DNA of 64,000 bases from Octopus sinensis (Eukaryota). Below the pieces are notes generated by a model. It made no database searches, was not told the origin of the DNA, and worked only from the letters and a program-made list of their open reading frames with translations. Where the stretch lies: NCBI RefSeq assembly GCF_006345805.1, contig NC_043001.1:107012001-107076000 (forward strand), given 5' to 3'. The stretch's first letter is position 1; every line of letters starts with the position of its first letter. Positions 39,601 through 46,479 of this stretch are shown here, one piece after another. Position numbers and translations under genes: made by a program.

Positions 39601-42600
39601 TTCATTAATATTTATTTATTTGTTTCACATGTATTCAAATAAAACTGTTTGCTTAGGGTGTCACATTTGCTATTTACAATAGTGGAGATGTGAGACAGCA
39701 GATTACACTGACTGTCAGAATTGTTTAAGAAGTGAATTATTGTCAAGTTTAAAGAACTTAGTTTCCGGGTCATCAGGAAACTGAGATCTTGTGTTCATGG
39801 ACTAATATGAATGAACAATCCATAAATTGTCTGTTGAAAATCAGTTTATCAACTGAAGAAATTATTTGTTAATAATGTCAGTTCAAGATTAATTTGAAAG
39901 AAATAAAAAAAAAATCTTGGTTTGCGGTCTCCCTCTGACTGGGGTAACCATTGTGTCTCCTTTTTAGCAAGATACCTGTTTTTGCCCTTCTGTCGTAACT
40001 CCAACCTCTCATCATCTTGCACAAAGCCAAAAGGTCCTCATTTTGCCAGTTACTCAGTGACCATGCCTGTGCTGGAGCCATGTAAAGAGTATCCAGTTCA
40101 CTCTGTAAAGTTGTTGGTGTTAGGAAGGGCATCCAACATAAAAACCATACCAAAGTTAACCTGATTCTTATGCCATGTGTTAAGCATCCAGTCCACTCCA
40201 AAGTGGCTGGCATTAGGAAGGGACTCCAGCTTGTATGAACCATGCCAAAGCAGACAGTGAAGTTTGGTACAATCCTCTGGCTTCCCAGCTCCTATCAAAC
40301 CATCCAACTCTTGCCAGCATGGAAGACAGATGTTAAATGATGATGATACAAAATAGGAAACAGGATTATTTTAGCAATGGATGGATTAGGATGAGTGTTT
40401 CAAGTTAAACATGTCTGTCTGTGTGTCTCTTTTTCTCATTATTTTGTTCTTGGTTTTTAAACTCATGACAGCAATCATTGTAACTGCAGACTTTCAGGCA
40501 CAGTTGATTTTTGTCCTCTTTATGGAACTAATTTAGTGGTATTAAGGGAATAGAAATTCAAGGAGCTCCTTGTACTAACAAGGACAGGCTGTATGGTATG
40601 AAGGAATCAGAAAGAAAAGAAATTGAGTCATTAGTGTTAATTACATGAGGTGCTAGTATTGATTTCATTGGCAATAAGTTGTTTTTTTTTCTTTTTTTCT
40701 TCCTTCCAGTGAATTTTCTTGCTTGATAGTCAAGGAAGTAATGAGGAATTTTGATGCTAGCAGTCTTTATTATTTTAAATTCAATAAAATTATAATCTAT
40801 CCTATTTATTCAAACAGGTGAAAAAAATCAAAAAACAGCGGTTGAACCATATGTACAAGAGTGGAATAAATCACTTTCAGCGACTTCACAATGAACGTAA
40901 CAAAGAGAAGGTGAGTTCTTTTAAATTGCTTTGCTGGAACAACACCCTCCCTACTTTTTTTTTTGTTTTTAAAAAAGAATATCTTTCACTCAAATGGGAT
41001 GACGTTACCTTTGACCCATTATAGTATATACAGGGTATCCCAGAAAGATTTACCCATGTTTAAAACTTCTCTTAACCCTTTCGTTACTATATTTCTGACC
41101 AAAATACACCCCTTATGTGTTTCAATTAATTTCTAACATAATCATAAATTTAGTCTGGTTTCATTAAACAACTATAACTTTTTTATTTATCAATATATTA
41201 ATGAGATTTTTGGAAGATAATTTAATGAAATGTTCTCAACCAATTCTATACTATAATTTTTGTCACAAAGTGACTCTAATTGCAGGTAGATACAGGTAAA
41301 TTCAACAAAATATAAAATTATTAAAATTTGTTCAAACATCGCTATAGAAAATGGGTTATTAGCTAATATTCAATTGGGTATACAACAAAATTTTACAATA
41401 GAATTTGTTATTCTGGGTAACCTTCTGATACCCATAATAATATTTATGGCAAAATAGTCTTAATTTCATTTAAAGTTGTGGGAAACCACTAACTATCCTT
41501 TCTTTCGCTTTGTTTACATTTAGTGTAACGGTTCGTTTCCGCCGTAATGATTTCAAATAGGCTCATTCGAAAAAGTAAAAAAAATAGTCTAAGGCTTTAC
41601 TCTCCTGGGAAAGTCTGTGGCTTGGTCCAGTTTCTTCAGAAAAATCACCGAAAGAAACAGTTTTTAAATTTTCACTCCATTCAGGTGCCAATTCATTTTC
41701 TTTATCGCTGTCGGAGCTCTCGGATTCACTGTTTTCCCTTTCGGAAAATGAAACATCAGATTCATTATCAAATACCACGTCCTTTTTTTTTCAGTCATAG
41801 AGTTAGATTTATGAAGCTCTTCAGTAGAAAATCCTTCGAATTCTGACTCACTGCTTGATATAATGAAATTCGTATCCATTTTTTGTCAGAATTACAGATT
41901 TTAAAAACACAATAGGAACAAATTTCGGGAAAAAATCTTCCAAAATTCACGGAATTAAAATTACACTTCGATTGTTGTACAAAACTGTAGTTGAACTGTT
42001 TACAAAGTATAATACATGTTTTCATGGATGTACTAAAGAGATTTGCTCTGATATTCTTATTTAAATATGAATAGGTAAATACGGGCGGGTTTGGGCGGTT
42101 TGGTCACATTAACCAAAATTTTTTTCAGGCGGCTTTGGGCGGTTTGGTAACGAAAGGGTTAAAGACTATTGGTTCAGATGATATGTGTCTATTGTTTTGT
42201 TCGTCTATAACCGGTTTGTAAGCAAACATGGTATCAAAAGCAAGATGTGACCAGATTGTCATTTTGTAAACAGCTGGACTGAGCAACAAGGACATAACAA
42301 AACAGTTGAGTGTGTATTGTAAAGCAATGTTCAATACTTAGAAGTGATAAGTGGAGTCCGCCACAACCTCTAGCAAGCCAATTCCTGATAAGAAATGATC
42401 AATTTGTACTAATCTAGCTGTTGGAGCTGGGAAGAATCTTTTATATGACGGTGTAAAAAGCTCGTATTTTCAAAAACAGCATACATAATTGCAGGAATTT
42501 TTTATGGAGAAAGACGGTATTTGTTTTTCTTGTGGTGTTGAAGGACTCCTATGTGAGATGGGGTATGGCCATAATCCTGAAGAATAGAGACTCTTCATAG

Positions 42601-44096
42601 ATTCCAGCAAAGAAAGCCTAAAAGCTGTTTTGCTGCATAATGGCAATCAAAAATCGTTTAATACCACTAGCACATGCTGTAAGATTAAAGGAAACTTATG
42701 AATCAATGGATAAAATTTTGATTAAATATTCTTAGCACATGTGGAATATATGCAGGGACTTGAAAGTTATTGGTTTGCTTCTTGGGTTGCAAGTGGGGTG
42801 TACAAAGTATCAGTGCTTTTTGAGCCTTTGGAACAGCAGAGATGACAAGCAATGTTCAGAAAGTGTGGCCAAAGAGAAGTGATTTCACTCCAGGAAGATA
42901 CAATGTTAAATATATCCCTTTAGTTGACACTCAGAAAATTTACCTTTCTCTCTTATACATTAAACTTGGCTCTTTAAGAATTTTGTTATGGCCATGAATG
43001 AAGATGGTGAGGGATTTGTTTCTAGCAAGAGTGAAGCTAAGATCGAAGCTGGTGTTTTTAGTGGACGAGAAATTCACACAATAATTTGTGATAAGCTTTT
43101 TCAAGAAAAATTAAGCCCAGTAGAGAAAACTGCTTGGGAAAAGTTTGTTTCTCTTGTAGAAAATTTTTTGGGAAATGAAAATCATTTAACTACATTGCAA
43201 TTGTGAATGATTTTTTGAAAGCTTATAAGCAACTTGGGGCAAGAATATCTCTAAAAATTCATTTTCTCCACTCTCATGGGTTTTTTTCCACCCAACATGG
43301 GTGATGTAAGCAATGAGAATGGTGAACGATTTCATCAAGAAATCAGAGAGCTAGAAAGCTGCTACAGTGGCAGACTTACATCAAACATGCTGACGGACTA
43401 CTGCTGGTTTTTAAAACGAGAAACGAACATGCGTCATAAACATAAAAGGAGACAGCAAAGCTATTTTCGAAAACCATAAAATTAATAATATTCACTTTAC
43501 ACTTTTGTTTTGTGTTTTATTGGTTTTAGAGTTACTTGCCAACCTAGTTGCTATTGTTCTTATACCAAATAACGGTAATTTACACTTAACATTTATTTGT
43601 CATGAATTTTCACATTATTGTAATTTTGATAGCAGTATAATAATGATAGCGCAAAAACGTAACGTGCTAGAGCAAAAATGATTGCAGGTTGCACCATTTT
43701 GTCTAATTGTAGCAGAACTTTTGTTGCTTAGTATCATATTACCTCATAGCCAAACCTGCCCTTGCAGAATATTGAAAATGTGTGACAATCACTTTATAAC
43801 TATCACATGTTGTGAAGGTAAACAGACACAAGCATAACATATACATGCATATATCGTTGCTTATTATGTAAAAGTGTCGTAAGTCCAAAACGTTGCTTTT
43901 CAGAAAACGAAAAAATAGTTTCACCAGTCCAAAGCAAAAACTATTGTACTACACTTTGATAATTTTTAATATTTTGGAATCTGAAGCAGCTGGAGAGACA
44001 ATAATTTGACTGAAAGAACCAGCTATTGCAAGCAAAAATAAATATTGAAAAAAACCGCATTTGGCCAAATTTGGACATATTTTAACATAACAGCAG

Positions 44097-44141
<45 letters not shown>

Positions 44142-44549
44142 TATGTGTGTGTATGTATGCACACGCACACATCTATATATATAAAATCAAAACACACAAA
44201 TACACATATATGGTAAGCTTCTTTTAGTTTCCATATACTAAATCCACTCACAATGTTATATCATTTTGCAATTGTCCAATGTTCCTAGAAAAATTACTCA
44301 GTTATGAACCATTGTTTTTGTGAGGGAAATTTGCATTCATGCTTTGTTGAAAATTTTTGAAGAATATTGTACTGATGTTTTGTTTTTCTTCTGTAATTGC
44401 AGTGGCGTTATGGTCAGCGGATGCAGTCCTCTCCATACAGTCAAAACTCATATCATCGGCCTTATTCTCACTATGGCCATCATAACCAGTCGATGCCTTA
44501 TATTGGTCACTACAACCACTACATGGGACGTCATTCTTACCGTCATTGA
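1..44549 (+). CDS. USP36: Ubiquitin carboxyl-terminal hydrolase 36-like gene, 5'-incomplete; join(1..124,1421..1651,2078..2188,2671..2773,3080..3147,5129..5199,5436..5518,6421..6498,8482..8572,9587..9712,11969..12052,15114..15180,16636..19110,31275..31427,39421..39533,40818..40910,44403..44549)
   Basis: All 16 introns are GT-AG with compatible phases, and the spliced length of 4218 nt is divisible by 3 and ends in TGA. Motifs: [27 protein letters not shown] (catalytic Cys 1567-1569), [26 protein letters not shown] (His 9653-9655), MNDS (Asp 9704-9706), FIGPQMP. The C-terminal AYGGQVMSWDG...DYDRGK-VKKIKK...FQRL...SYRH matches my recollection of the USP36/scrawny C-terminus rather than USP42. 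Confidence 0.93.
339..726 (-). mobile_element. tRNA-derived SINE, family A (CORE-like middle, internal (TA/CA)n)
   Basis: Reverse complement of the 25435 copy: head GGCTGTGTGGTAAGTAGCTTGC...GGTTCCGGGTTCAGTCCC (Pol III A/B-box-like); tail ...ATGACTGAAACAAGTAAA. Confidence 0.88.
1421..1651 (+). CDS. USP36: USP36 exon containing the Cys box
   Basis: Acceptor ttattttcag, donor GTGAGT; encodes [26 protein letters not shown]. Confidence 0.97.
2078..2188 (+). CDS. USP36: USP36 exon, [16 protein letters not shown]...KLK
   Basis: Acceptor cttacag, donor GTATGT; phase 1-1. Confidence 0.95.
2671..2773 (+). CDS. USP36: USP36 exon containing the QEDAHEF box
   Basis: Acceptor ctttttacag, donor GTAATT; encodes [29 protein letters not shown]. 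Confidence 0.96.
3080..3147 (+). CDS. USP36: USP36 exon, [22 protein letters not shown]
   Basis: Acceptor cattatag, donor GTGAGT; phase 2-1. Confidence 0.95.
3355..3680 (+). mobile_element. SINE family A, diverged
   Basis: Head GGCCGTGTGGTGAGAAGCTTGCTTCCCAACCACATGGTTCCAGGTTCAGTCCC followed by the family body. Confidence 0.8.
4553..4721. mobile_element. Tc1/mariner-type MITE
   Basis: Imperfect TIRs GTGCTGAAAAGTTCCTAG / CCAGGAATTTTTCAGTAC (15/18 complementary) in TA-rich flanks. Confidence 0.55.
4880..5076. mobile_element. piggyBac-derived MITE (CCCTTTCGTTAC-type ends)
   Basis: TTAA at 4876-4879 and 5077-5080; degenerate TIRs; reverse-orientation homologue of 20424..20644. Confidence 0.7.
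5129..5199 (+). CDS. USP36: USP36 exon, [24 protein letters not shown]
   Basis: Acceptor tattttag, donor GTAACT; first CxxC of the USP fingers subdomain. Confidence 0.95.
5436..5518 (+). CDS. USP36: USP36 exon, [27 protein letters not shown]
   Basis: Acceptor ttttcacag, donor GTTAGT; phase 0-2. Confidence 0.95.
6030..6230 (-). mobile_element. Degenerate tRNA-derived SINE
   Basis: Minus strand has GTGGTTAGGGTG (A-box-like) and GGTTCAATTCCC (B-box-like). Confidence 0.5.
6421..6498 (+). CDS. USP36: USP36 exon, [27 protein letters not shown]
   Basis: Acceptor ttttttacag, donor GTTCGT; LTIQLKR(F) box. Confidence 0.95.
6751..8322. mobile_element. hAT (Charlie-like) MITE split by an RTE LINE
   Basis: Ends CAGTGGTTCTCAACC / GGTTGACAGCCTCTG; degenerate 8-bp TSD ACCTAGTT/ATTTAGTT; halves at about 6751-6900 and 8210-8322. 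Confidence 0.65.
6900..8210 (-). mobile_element. 5'-truncated RTE-clade LINE with (GAT)n tail
   Basis: Reverse-complement homologue of 38330-39280 (RT C-terminal region, RLCWYGHV-type end, 3' UTR and tail); multiple stops. Confidence 0.85.
8482..8572 (+). CDS. USP36: USP36 exon, [30 protein letters not shown]
   Basis: Acceptor attttcag, donor GTAAGG; phase 2-0. Confidence 0.95.
8690..8900 (-). mobile_element. RTE LINE internal fragment
   Basis: Homologous to 7990-8130 (CAGATCGAACAGGGCCATCTAC...). Confidence 0.7.
9085..9498. mobile_element. TTAA-type MITE (CCCTTTAGCA ends) interrupted by an RTE 3'-tail copy (about 9200-9400)
   Basis: Flanks match the family at 29795/37032; the insert ends ...CATGCCAGCATGGAAAACAGATGTTAACTGGTGATGA. 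Confidence 0.7.
9587..9712 (+). CDS. USP36: USP36 exon containing the His and Asp boxes
   Basis: Acceptor cttctttcag, donor GTAAGT; encodes [23 protein letters not shown]...WYCMNDSS. Confidence 0.97.
9966..10342 (-). mobile_element. SINE family A
   Basis: Same head and tail motifs as 339..726. Confidence 0.82.
10410..10620 (+). mobile_element. tRNA-derived SINE, family B
   Basis: Head GGTGGTGAGCTAGCAGAATTGTTAGC...GAGTTCACATTC; middle GGTCGACTTATCCTTTCAGGGTTGATAAATTAAGTAC. Confidence 0.8.
11711..11890 (+). mobile_element. Short Penelope-type terminal element ending in (TA)n
   Basis: Homologous to the minus strand of about 56340-56560; carries a hammerhead motif and ends GTTTGGATTAAC-(TA)n. 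Confidence 0.7.
11746..11780 (+). ncRNA. Minimal type I hammerhead ribozyme motif (one core substitution)
   Basis: GTAT-CTGACAA-A-GAGC-TCT-GCTC-GAAA-C-GT-A-AAAC: stem II GAGC/GCTC, palindromic ACGT stem III, GUA site; G8 is A in this copy. Confidence 0.65.
11969..12052 (+). CDS. USP36: USP36 exon, [28 protein letters not shown] (end of USP domain)
   Basis: Acceptor atgtttag, donor GTAAGT; AYMLFY box. Confidence 0.95.
12453..12832 (-). mobile_element. SINE family A
   Basis: Family head and tail motifs. Confidence 0.8.
13135..13695 (-). mobile_element. RTE LINE 3' end (5'-truncated)
   Basis: Starts with (CAT)n then TTTAACGTCCGTTTTCCATGCTGGC; extends into the ORF end homologous to 7380-7500. 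Confidence 0.82.
14806..14970. mobile_element. TTAA-type MITE (CCCTTTAGCA family), degenerate
   Basis: TTAA-TCCTTTAGCATTTAAACTGG...; homologous to 37032..37247. Confidence 0.65.
15114..15180 (+). CDS. USP36: USP36 exon, [22 protein letters not shown]
   Basis: Acceptor ctttttcag, donor GTAAGT; FIGPQxP motif; phase 0-1 links the flanking exons. Confidence 0.88.
16636..19110 (+). CDS. USP36: USP36 large exon (2475 nt): Ser/Thr/Asn-rich disordered region with Lys/His/Arg-rich basic clusters
   Basis: Lies within ORF 16590..19226. Acceptor tttacttccag in phase 1 joins the ORF frame; donor TCTG|GTAAGT at 19111 is phase 1. Confidence 0.92.
17613..17699 (+). repeat. Coding compound trinucleotide repeat (AGT)6(AAY)11AGT(AAT)5(AGT)5AAT encoding S6N11SN5S5N
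   Basis: Read directly in frame within the large USP36 exon. Confidence 0.95.
19400..19740. repeat. Compound (TA)n/(CA)n/(TG)n microsatellite tract
   Basis: Direct reading. Confidence 0.9.
20105..20392 (-). mobile_element. SINE family A
   Basis: Family motifs (CCACTCACAAAGCCTTGGTCGGCCTGAGGCTATAGTAGAAGACACTTGCCC). Confidence 0.8.
20424..20644. mobile_element. piggyBac-derived MITE
   Basis: TTAA|CCCCTTCGTTACC ... AGTAACGAAAGGG|TTAA; TTAA at 20420-20423 and 20645-20648. Confidence 0.85.
20992..21345 (-). mobile_element. SINE family A
   Basis: Family head and tail motifs. Confidence 0.82.
21765..22063 (+). mobile_element. RTE 3'-tail element with three ATGTAAAAAG(C/T) subrepeats
   Basis: Ends CATCCAACCCATGCCAGCATGGAAAAGGGACGTTAAATGATGAT. 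Confidence 0.8.
22340..22660 (-). mobile_element. Ancient RTE-clade LINE remnant (ORF C-terminal part)
   Basis: Minus-strand translation [29 protein letters not shown]...ITNEDIL matches the RTE 'YGSETW...F..RCLR.I...ITNEEV' pattern. Confidence 0.7.
23138..23355 (+). mobile_element. SINE family B
   Basis: GGTGGTGAGCTGGCAAAATCGTTAGC...CCTTTCACCCTTTCAGAGTCGATAAAATAAGTACC. Confidence 0.82.
25434..25815 (+). mobile_element. SINE family A, best-preserved copy
   Basis: AGGCGCAGGAGTGGCTGTGTGGTAAG (A-box-like), GGATTCAGTCCC (B-box-like), GGCACCTTGGGCAAGTGTCTT (CORE-like), tail TGACTGAAACAAGTAAAAGA. Confidence 0.9.
26520..28085 (-). mobile_element. Penelope-like retroelement, RT plus Cys-rich linker, frameshifted and truncated before GIY-YIG
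   Basis: [99 protein letters not shown]. Confidence 0.92.
28121..28508 (+). mobile_element. Lep1/HINE-type non-autonomous Helitron-like element
   Basis: Starts ACTAGCAGTATCGCCCGGCGTTGC; contains AAGTTTCATCAGAATCGG, an (ACAG/ACAC) microsatellite and a CCGTTTATATAGAG end; no TSD seen. Confidence 0.65.
28520..28760 (+). mobile_element. Degenerate tRNA-derived SINE
   Basis: GGTTTTGATTCCCAGAC B-box-like motif followed by GGTCTTGAGCAAAACACTT (CORE-like). Confidence 0.5.
28802..29786 (-). mobile_element. Chapaev3-like (CMC superfamily) DNA transposon, internally deleted
   Basis: TIRs CACTACTCAACAAATTTTT / AAAAATTTGTTGACCTGTG (16/19). Minus-strand remnants LPLHMKL and [37 protein letters not shown]. 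Family name from recall. Confidence 0.72.
29795..30238. mobile_element. TTAA-type MITE containing a second copy of the same family in opposite orientation (29810..30030)
   Basis: TTAA at 29791, 29806, 30031 and 30239; inner ends CCCTTTAGTG / CACTAAAGGG. Confidence 0.88.
31275..31427 (+). CDS. USP36: USP36 exon, [10 protein letters not shown]...[24 protein letters not shown]
   Basis: Acceptor ttattttcag, donor GTTAGA; 153 nt, phase 1-1; resembles the USP36 C-terminal 'ELxKxSxxAYG' segment. Confidence 0.88.
31530..33180 (+). mobile_element. RTE-clade LINE remnant with C-rich 3' UTR and tail
   Basis: [16 protein letters not shown] and [12 protein letters not shown]-type RT motifs with stops; tail CCAGCATGGAAAATGGACGTTTAATGATGATG. 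Confidence 0.85.
33545..34042 (+). mobile_element. 457-bp unit bounded by about 41-bp direct repeats between microsatellites (PLE-terminus-like)
   Basis: TAGTGTACATTTAAACACAAGAGAAACTACCTTTAACAGGT at 33545 versus TAGTGTACATTTAAGCACATGAGAAGCTACCTTTACAAGGT at 34002. Confidence 0.55.
34111..34397 (-). mobile_element. RTE 3'-tail element
   Basis: (CAT)n-CGTTTAATGTTCGTTTTCCATGCTAGC...GGATGCCCGTCCTAACGCC. Confidence 0.82.
35395..35532 (-). mobile_element. SINE family B with internal deletion
   Basis: GATCGACCACAGTACGCAACTGGTAC...GCGGAATTTGAACTCAG...CCAGCTCGCCACC. Confidence 0.7.
35790..36011. mobile_element. hAT MITE, same family as 6751..8322, reversed
   Basis: Ends GGTTGAGAACCACTG; internal CCTATGGACC...ATTCCTATTTTACTC is complementary to 8255-8300. 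Confidence 0.55.
36175..36735. mobile_element. Two RTE 3'-tail copies in inverted orientation (- at about 36175-36365, + at about 36530-36735)
   Basis: CATCATTTAACATC...CCATGCTG and ...CCATGCCAGCATAGAAAACTGATGA. Confidence 0.72.
37032..37247. mobile_element. TTAA-type MITE (CCCTTTAGCA family)
   Basis: TTAA|CCCTTTCGCA ... TGCCAAAGGG|TTAA. Confidence 0.82.
37480..39280 (+). mobile_element. RTE-clade LINE (RT domain, degenerate) with 3' UTR and (GAT)n tail
   Basis: [56 protein letters not shown]; [10 protein letters not shown] at about 38260-38290; GLRINLAK; RLCWYGHV. Confidence 0.92.
39421..39533 (+). CDS. USP36: USP36 exon, [16 protein letters not shown]...[10 protein letters not shown]
   Basis: Acceptor cttgttacag, donor GTAAGT; WDG and DxDRGK motifs. 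Confidence 0.92.
39985..40350 (+). mobile_element. RTE 3'-tail element with internal partial duplication
   Basis: TTAGGAAGGG occurs twice; ends GCCAGCATGGAAGACAGATGTTAAATGATGATG. Confidence 0.78.
40818..40910 (+). CDS. USP36: USP36 exon, [31 protein letters not shown]
   Basis: Acceptor ttcaaacag, donor GTGAGT; completes the RGK-KKIKK basic (nucleolar-targeting-type) motif. Confidence 0.92.
41076..42158 (-). mobile_element. Internally deleted piggyBac element (1083 bp)
   Basis: TTAA|CCCTTTCGTTAC ... GTAACGAAAGGG|TTAA (perfect 12-bp TIR, TTAA TSD). Minus strand keeps an acidic transposase N-terminus ending ...W...F...GP...ALDYFFYFF. Confidence 0.9.
42277..43733 (+). mobile_element. Chapaev3-like DNA transposon with pseudogenised transposase
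   Basis: [82 protein letters not shown]...[11 protein letters not shown]; TIR ACTGAGCAACAA / TTGTTGCTTAGT (11/12). Confidence 0.8.
44403..44549 (+). CDS. USP36: USP36 last coding exon, [12 protein letters not shown]...MGRHSYRH*
   Basis: T-rich tract plus taattgcag acceptor, phase 0; 48 codons then TGA at 44547-44549. Confidence 0.85.
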   Translation, partial: WRYGQRMQSSPYSQNSYHRPYSHYGHHNQSMPYIGHYNHYMGRHSYRH

Positions 44550-44740
44550 GAGTGGAGTATGACAGGGGTCCCTCTCTCTCTCTCTCTCTCTCTCCTCCAA
44601 CTATCCTTCATATGCATGTTTAATACATGCCATACTTTCAGACACCTTCTATTGTCACCACTACCTCCACTGCAATTAGTTTTGACTGTGTGGTAGTACT
44701 TACACAACAGCGAAAGCAGTTAATCTTTAAAAAAATTTAA

Positions 44741-44788
44741 AATAAACCAAAAAAAATCCTCCAACTCCTATCAACATTCATTAATAAA
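44741..44788 (+). terminator. Candidate polyadenylation signals (AATAAA at 44741 and 44783)
   Basis: Two canonical hexamers about 190-240 nt after the USP36 stop. Usage cannot be shown from sequence. Confidence 0.4.
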
Positions 44789-45054
44789 ATTCTTCAAAAA
44801 GCCTCTGGTAGATTCTTTGACTGGTACTGCCACTTTGATGTACAGCACTTTCTGACCAAAGCTATATTCAGCATCACTTCACTTCACTCATGTACACCAC
44901 TGGACAATAACTGTTTTTTTTTTTTTTAATTTTTTTTATTAAACCTTCCCCTAAGTAACTCAGAGATAATTCTATAGAATTGTCAAAGGACTGACAACCT
45001 TCTGCCTTTTCTCTACCGGTTCAGAGACTAAGATTAATGGATTTGTTTTTGTCT

Positions 45055-45106
45055 GCATGTGCGTGTGTGCGCGTACGTGCGTGTGTGTGTGTGTGTGTGT
45101 GCATAC

Positions 45107-45137
<31 letters not shown>
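45055..45137. repeat. (TG)n microsatellite
   Basis: Direct reading. Confidence 0.9.
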
Positions 45138-45139
<2 letters not shown>

Positions 45140-45676
45140 TTGCTTCAATTGCCTGCAGATGAATCACACACACACTCTCATGCTTCCCACACACATGCAA
45201 ATTGTCTGTTGTGTTGCAGTAATCAATCGAACCCAACAACAAAGAATGTGAGAAAGAACCTGTAGTAGCAGATATCTTCATATACATGTGTGTATGTGTG
45301 TACGGCTATTTATTCAACAAAAGAATGAAAATTTTTTTTTTTTATTTTAAATATTTTTATTTTATACATTTATCTCCTCTTGAAGAAAAAACCTGTGAAA
45401 GCTGCACATTGTCTTCATTAAAATTTACTAGGTCAAAGTTTAATTGACTCCAATTGTATTTGTTTTTATTCACTTTTCATTTCTTCTCAAGTTTCTATTT
45501 TTAACTTCTATATTTTTTTTCTTATTTTATAATTTTACTTGTTGCTATTGTTAAACAAATAATGAAATACAGACTGTGACAACTAGATGAGAGATGTCTA
45601 GTGTTTTTCATATCTTTAGTAATCAATTGTAATTTGCTTACTGGCGGAAAGTTTGATGTGCTGGACTATTACTACC

Positions 45677-46440
45677 CATCATCATCATCGTTTATCGTCT
45701 GCTTTCCATGCTAGCATGGGTTGGACGATTTTGACTGAGGGCTGGCGAACCAGATGGTTGCACCAGGCTCCAATTTTGATTTGGCAGAGTTTCTACAGCT
45801 GGATGCCCTTCCTAACGCCAACTACTCCGAGAGTGTATTGGGTGCTTTTTACATGCGACCAGCACAGGTGCCAGTAAGGTGACGTTGGTAACGATCATGC
45901 TTGGATGGTGCTCTTGGCACCCTACTAGCACGGGTACAAATGCCAGTAAGGCGATGCTGGTAACGATCACGCTCGAATGGTGTCTTTAAAGTACCACTGG
46001 CATGGAAGCCGGTTAGCCGCTCTGTCAATGATCACACTCGTATGGTGCTCTTTGCACCCTGCTAGCATGGACGCCAGTCATCGAATTTGATTTTGATTTC
46101 ACTTGCCTCAACAGGTCTTTGCAAGCAGAGTTTTAGTGTCCAAAGAAGGAGAAGGTACGCATATGTTCATTAATTGAAAAGCTTACTTCTCACCTGGCAC
46201 ACAGCCACTTCCCCTCACTTCCACTCCCTCTCTCAGCTAAGAGGTCTTTGTCTTACAACTTACTCGGTGACCCTGGTGTTGCAGGTTCCACATAAAAAGC
46301 ACCCTGTACATTCTGGTGTTAGGAAGGGCATCTAGTCATACAAAGCAGACAATTAGAGCCTAGTGCAGCTTGCCGGCTCCTGTCAACTGTTCATCTCATG
46401 CCTGCATTGAAAACGGACGTTAAATGATGATGGTGATGAC
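45677..46440. mobile_element. Inverted pair of RTE 3'-tail elements (- at about 45677-46165 with tandem subrepeats, + at about 46270-46440)
   Basis: (CAT)n start on the left; AAACGGACGTTAAATGATGATG end on the right. Confidence 0.78.
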
Positions 46441-46479
46441 TACAGCCATTGTATTGAGCTTCTTGGCAAAATTAAGTCT

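Noticed and set aside
42988-43479. Extra USP36 exons or a nested host gene (ORFs 42988..43206 and 43276..43479)
   Set aside because: They are fragments of the Chapaev3-like transposase between recognisable TIRs.
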